Positions 16,043-19,655 of a stretch of DNA of 19,655 bases are shown one piece after another. Position numbers and translations under genes: made by a program. The number at the start of each line of letters is the position of its first letter. Position 1 is the first letter of the stretch. Under the pieces are notes generated by a model. The model ran no database searches, was not told the origin of the DNA, and saw nothing but the letters and a program-made list of their open reading frames with translations. The stretch is from a virus (taxonomy: Duplodnaviria > Heunggongvirae > Uroviricota > Caudoviricetes). The DNA is taken from IMG/VR virus record IMGVR_UViG_3300029577_000167, positions 1 to 19,655 of that record; one strand, given 5' to 3'.

Positions 16043-16465
16043 TCACAGTGTCGTTGGTAAGATATCGATGTCACCAGCATTACTGGTGAACACCCGGAAG
16101 ACTTTCGTCTCGCCAGCTTTGGTAATCGTCTCGCGTTCCTGACGAGCAGGATTCAGTGCGCACAGCCCAGCGTCTTCGAGTGAGGCGCCAACAATCCATT
16201 CTCCGGCATCCAGATGAAAAGTGACTTTTTCACCTGTTTCCAGTTTTGCAACGGTTTCGCCATTGATGAAGATCGATGCGTCGCAACCGGCGCCCACCAT
16301 GCTTTTATCTCTCATAACCACCAGCGTCGATGCCGCCGGAGATTGGTATTTGAATATTCTGGTCTGCGGTGCTGGCTTTGCCTCAGAGACAGGAATAGGA
16401 CGAGATTGACATGCAGTGATAAGTAACGCGGAGGCAGCAACCAGAGGAAGTAATACGTGTTTCAT
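16043..16465 (-). CDS. predicted lipoprotein (140 aa)
   Basis: MKHVLLPLVAASALLITAC: signal peptide with lipobox LITAC; ORF track start at 16501 is upstream of the likely Met. Confidence 0.6.
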   Translation of the reverse strand: MKHVLLPLVAASALLITACQSRPIPVSEAKPAPQTRIFKYQSPAASTLVVMRDKSMVGAGCDASIFINGETVAKLETGEKVTFHLDAGEWIVGASLEDAGLCALNPARQERETITKAGETKVFRVFTSNAGDIDILPTTL

Positions 16466-16524
16466 TGTACCGAACAAAATCCTTATCTTTACGAAAATCA
16501 TGGCGCCTCAAGGCGCCATAATGC

Positions 16525-16803
16525 TCAATCGAGGCGTTTTAGAATATCGGCCAGATCTTCTTTGGTCATACCCGAGTTTTCGTAAATCTTCATGACCTTT
16601 TCACGAGCCTTTGCAGTAGTCTCTAATGACGTAGCTATCTTATCAAAATCACCCATCGTCATATTGGACAGCACCAGATTGATGATGTCTGCTTTTGACA
16701 GTTTTATGCTGCGTTCACGCAGTCGATTCTGAAAGGTCTCTAGTTTATCGTTTGCTTTTTCGGTTAACTTAACCTGGCAGTTAATAGCGCGTTTCTCGCT
16801 CAT
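16525..16803 (-). CDS. hypothetical small helical protein (92 aa)
   Basis: Starts 9 nt downstream of the helicase stop; charged helical composition. Confidence 0.5.
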   Translation of the reverse strand: MSEKRAINCQVKLTEKANDKLETFQNRLRERSIKLSKADIINLVLSNMTMGDFDKIATSLETTAKAREKVMKIYENSGMTKEDLADILKRLD

Positions 16804-16812
16804 GCTTACTCT

Positions 16813-18366
16813 CTATCCAAAACAGTGAAATCGAATGTGCTGCCAACCGGCAAGACCCCCCTCGGCAAACCCAGGCGTCGTGTCGATAATGTGTTTCCGC
16901 TCATATGAATGCGACATGAGGTATTTGTTGCTCACGTCGATGAAGTCGGTAATAAAGCACACGTTAGCCTGATTTTTCTTGGCTCGTAAGCCACGACCGA
17001 CACGCTGTCTCATTTCAACTTCTGCTTTCCCGCCACCACCCAGAATCACCGCGCCTACGCTTGGAACGTCGACACCAACATCCAGAATGGTTGAACCAAT
17101 GAGAACATCTATCTTGCCTGCCGCCAGACTATTAAGTTTTGCTTGTCGGGTAGTCTGGTTTGATTCTCCGTAGATGAAATCGACCTTGAGGCCACTCTCT
17201 TTCATCATTTCCATCAAGATCTGACCATGACGCTTCAGACGAACCAATGTCATACAGTTCAGACCGTGACTCTTGTACATTAGCGCTTCACGCACAATAG
17301 CTTCGTTGCGGCCCAGATTATAGACGATGCCTAACTGATAGGCTTTCTGGTAAGCCGTGCTCATTCCAACCCTAAAATTCAGGTGTTTTGAAGCAAGTTC
17401 GACTCTAATCCGCGCCTCATCTGGAGTGTACGCGATTTTATGATATAAAAAGTATGGTTTCGCTAAAATACCTCTGTCGATCAAATATTTCTCCGTTACT
17501 TTTATCTCGATGCGACCCGCAACGGCCATGAGACGCATATTTGCTTCAGTCGAGTCCTTCATGAACGGCGTAGCTGTCAGCGCCAGACGGTAGTCGGCAT
17601 TGGTACACAACCGGGCTATATCGTAGAAGTTTGAGCCGGATGATTCGTGCGCTTCTTCCAGAATCAGCAGAGAAACGCTGGACAGGAAGCGCTTAACCAA
17701 TTCCCGGCGTTTCAGGTGATACTGTTTTTTCTCTGGAGATGCGTCGCGCGACGGCTCTTCGAGAAAACTAGCAAGGGTCTGAACCGTGGCAACGTTGATA
17801 TGGCGCGATACCTGGAACTCACCAGATCCAATCACCCCAACTTTCTGACCTTTCAGCCACGGCTCGCCATTCTTCGCGCGGTAGTCGATGGATTTCTGGA
17901 AGTTCTCTGCCATCTGGAACATCAGAACCGATCGCGTGGTTAAAAACAGCGTCATACGACCAATGCGAGCAGCAGCCTTACACGCTACGTTCGATTTACC
18001 GCCACCCGTCGCAATCTGGGCAATCATCATCCCTTCGCGCACCAGTGTTTCCACTGTCTGATCCTGATACGCGTAGTCCGGGTTATACGGGAATGGGTTA
18101 ACCACCGGATTCGGCTTACCCAGCGCGGGAGCTTTTTCCTTGCGAACATGCACGCATTTGATGCCAGCTTTCAGAAGATTGGTCGCAACTGGCTTCGCAA
18201 ACCCAGCCGGGAACGCGTTTTTACTCCAGTTGAACATCGTGCTGGTCCCTTTCCAGTCACCAGCCTCCACTTCATAGCTCAACATCTCCTGAACAAGCCG
18301 TTTCACGTTGTCATCAGCGCCAGAAATCAGCGCATTGACTGCATTTGATACAATCCGAACAGTCAT
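16813..18366 (-). CDS. superfamily-2 DNA helicase (DEAD/DEAH-box type, phage-like)
   Basis: Walker A IATGGGKSNVACK, motif II LLILEEAHESSG (DExH variant), LALTATP (motif III-like), arginine-finger-like QRVGRGLR near the C-terminus. Confidence 0.85.
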   Translation of the reverse strand: MTVRIVSNAVNALISGADDNVKRLVQEMLSYEVEAGDWKGTSTMFNWSKNAFPAGFAKPVATNLLKAGIKCVHVRKEKAPALGKPNPVVNPFPYNPDYAYQDQTVETLVREGMMIAQIATGGGKSNVACKAAARIGRMTLFLTTRSVLMFQMAENFQKSIDYRAKNGEPWLKGQKVGVIGSGEFQVSRHINVATVQTLASFLEEPSRDASPEKKQYHLKRRELVKRFLSSVSLLILEEAHESSGSNFYDIARLCTNADYRLALTATPFMKDSTEANMRLMAVAGRIEIKVTEKYLIDRGILAKPYFLYHKIAYTPDEARIRVELASKHLNFRVGMSTAYQKAYQLGIVYNLGRNEAIVREALMYKSHGLNCMTLVRLKRHGQILMEMMKESGLKVDFIYGESNQTTRQAKLNSLAAGKIDVLIGSTILDVGVDVPSVGAVILGGGGKAEVEMRQRVGRGLRAKKNQANVCFITDFIDVSNKYLMSHSYERKHIIDTTPGFAEGGLAGWQHIRFHCFG

Positions 18367-18430
18367 AAACCTCTTTCCTTCGTGCCTTTTGTATGGTAAT
18401 TGGCTATTATGTTAAGTAAGTGCTTACACA

Positions 18431-19318
18431 ATGTATTGTATCAAAAATATGGATGTGAAAATTACGATTCTACAGGTGGAAGTCGCGAACCTGCGTCCGA
18501 ACCCCTGGAATACCAACTCCGTTGGGGCGCAAAACTTCGAAAAACTGAAAGGTTCCATCGAAAAGTTGGGCTTTTTTAAGCCAATTCTGGCGCGAGAGCT
18601 GGACGGCGGCATTTTTGAAATTCTCGGTGGCGAACATCGCTGGCGTGCCGCGATGGAGCAGGGCATTTCAACGGTTCCCGTCATCTCCGTGGGCAAAATT
18701 AACGACCTGGTGGCCAAACAGATGTCCCTCGTCGACAACGAGCGCTACGGCGAAGACGATCAGGTCGCTTTGCAGCGCTTAATCGAAGAAATCCAGTCTG
18801 AAATCGACTACCGGTTGTCCGATATCGCCCCGTATGACGACGAAATGGCGGCAACACTCGCCAAAGCATCCGTTATCGATCTTGAAGCGCTGGAAGCGCT
18901 CTCCCGTGGCGATGACGAGCCGGTCGATGAGGACAAACGCGAGAAAACCGAGCGAGTCGGCGCTGAACACCAGACGATGCGCTTCAAGGTGACGTTTGAT
19001 GCGTCAGATCGGGTCATCGAACAGAAGACTCTCGAAACCCATGAGGTCGTCGAGTTTGAGCTGTCGAGTGTGTTCGACCTGATGGGCGTGCAGCTGCCGT
19101 ACCGCCAGATCATCAAAAACACATGCCCGTGGAGATACCGCGGACCAGAGTGCGGCTACACCGGTCCGTACTTCGACAAAAACAACCAGCAAACCACCAT
19201 GTCAGGAGCGGATTGCTGCACGAAACGTTACGACTCATGCAACGCACGGCGCAACTACTTTGCCAATGGCGTAATCCACTTTGGCGGGTTCATTGGGGCA
19301 ACGCGTTATGGGCAATAG
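18431..19318 (+). CDS. ParB-like N-terminal domain protein with C-terminal lambda gpL-like cysteine module
   Basis: N-terminus LRPNPWNTN...ILARELDGGIFEILGGEHRWRAAMEQGISTVPVI...VDNERYGED fits the ParB/Srx fold (GxxRxxA); C-terminus NTCPWRYRGPECGYTGP...CCTKRYDSC...FGGF parallels the lambda minor tail protein L C-terminus (NTCTWTYRGDECGYSGP...CSKCLSGC...FGGF) as recalled. Start uncertain (18431 or 18449). Confidence 0.75.
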   Translation: MYCIKNMDVKITILQVEVANLRPNPWNTNSVGAQNFEKLKGSIEKLGFFKPILARELDGGIFEILGGEHRWRAAMEQGISTVPVISVGKINDLVAKQMSLVDNERYGEDDQVALQRLIEEIQSEIDYRLSDIAPYDDEMAATLAKASVIDLEALEALSRGDDEPVDEDKREKTERVGAEHQTMRFKVTFDASDRVIEQKTLETHEVVEFELSSVFDLMGVQLPYRQIIKNTCPWRYRGPECGYTGPYFDKNNQQTTMSGADCCTKRYDSCNARRNYFANGVIHFGGFIGATRYGQ

Positions 19319-19655
19319 AGTATTCCCGGAGCTTGGTTCGGACGTTATGCAGGAAATCTATCTGACAGCCATTAAACGTTATTGGTGCTCATACGCACTC
19401 GGTTGCGATTGGCTCACATGGACACACCATCACCGTTAACGCTGCTGGTAACGCGGAAAACACCGTCAAAAACATCGCATTTAACTATATTGTGAGGCTT
19501 GCATGATTAATCTCATTCTTTCTGCTCCAGTAAAAGAAATGACTGAAGCATTTAAGCGAGTATTCGCAAATGCAGACAGGTAATGCTGCCAACTTACTGA
19601 TTTAGTGTATGATGGTGTTTTTGAGGTGCTCCAGTGGCTTCTGTTTCTATCAGCT

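Noticed and set aside
19347-19583. Two very short ORFs (30 aa at 19347-19439; 26 aa at 19503-19583, the latter with GAGG RBS)
   Set aside because: Too short to support from sequence alone at the window edge; could be real small proteins but were not called.

Overview
This 19.7 kb window looks like part of an enterobacterial plasmid or phage-plasmid backbone (the RepFIB replicon plus phage-type DNA-metabolism genes suggest an SSU5/pHCM2-like element, but that assignment is an inference from memory, not a search). From 5' to 3': (1) a truncated IS3-family transposase fragment at the window edge; (2) a complete RepFIB-type replicon, with a minus-strand repA (1111-2166) flanked by three clusters of ~21-bp-spaced iterons and a duplicated GATC-rich segment; (3) a DNA-metabolism module that appears degraded: an SbcD/Mre11-like N-terminal fragment, a RuvC-like resolvase lacking its N-terminus, and an RNase HI homologue with no canonical start codon; (4) an array of about 10 small genes of unknown function (5.6-13.6 kb), many acidic, most as separate units with a hairpin terminator and several preceded by a conserved upstream cassette containing an AAACAAnnTGTTT palindrome; (5) a 1.6 kb ORF-free region (8551-10159) with strand-asymmetric C/A-rich repeats and ~21-bp-periodic GGGAAACGG-type repeats, both with second copies near 13.0-13.8 kb; (6) an AT-rich, probably acquired segment (14.0-15.5 kb) with two minus-strand genes, each followed by the same 19-bp perfect palindrome; (7) a minus-strand operon of an SF2 helicase, a small protein, a lipoprotein and an internally duplicated protein; (8) a divergent gene whose product pairs a ParB-like N-terminal domain with a C-terminal cysteine module resembling phage lambda tail protein L. 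No tRNA, rRNA or CRISPR array was found. All protein assignments come from motif recognition by eye and need confirmation by database search.
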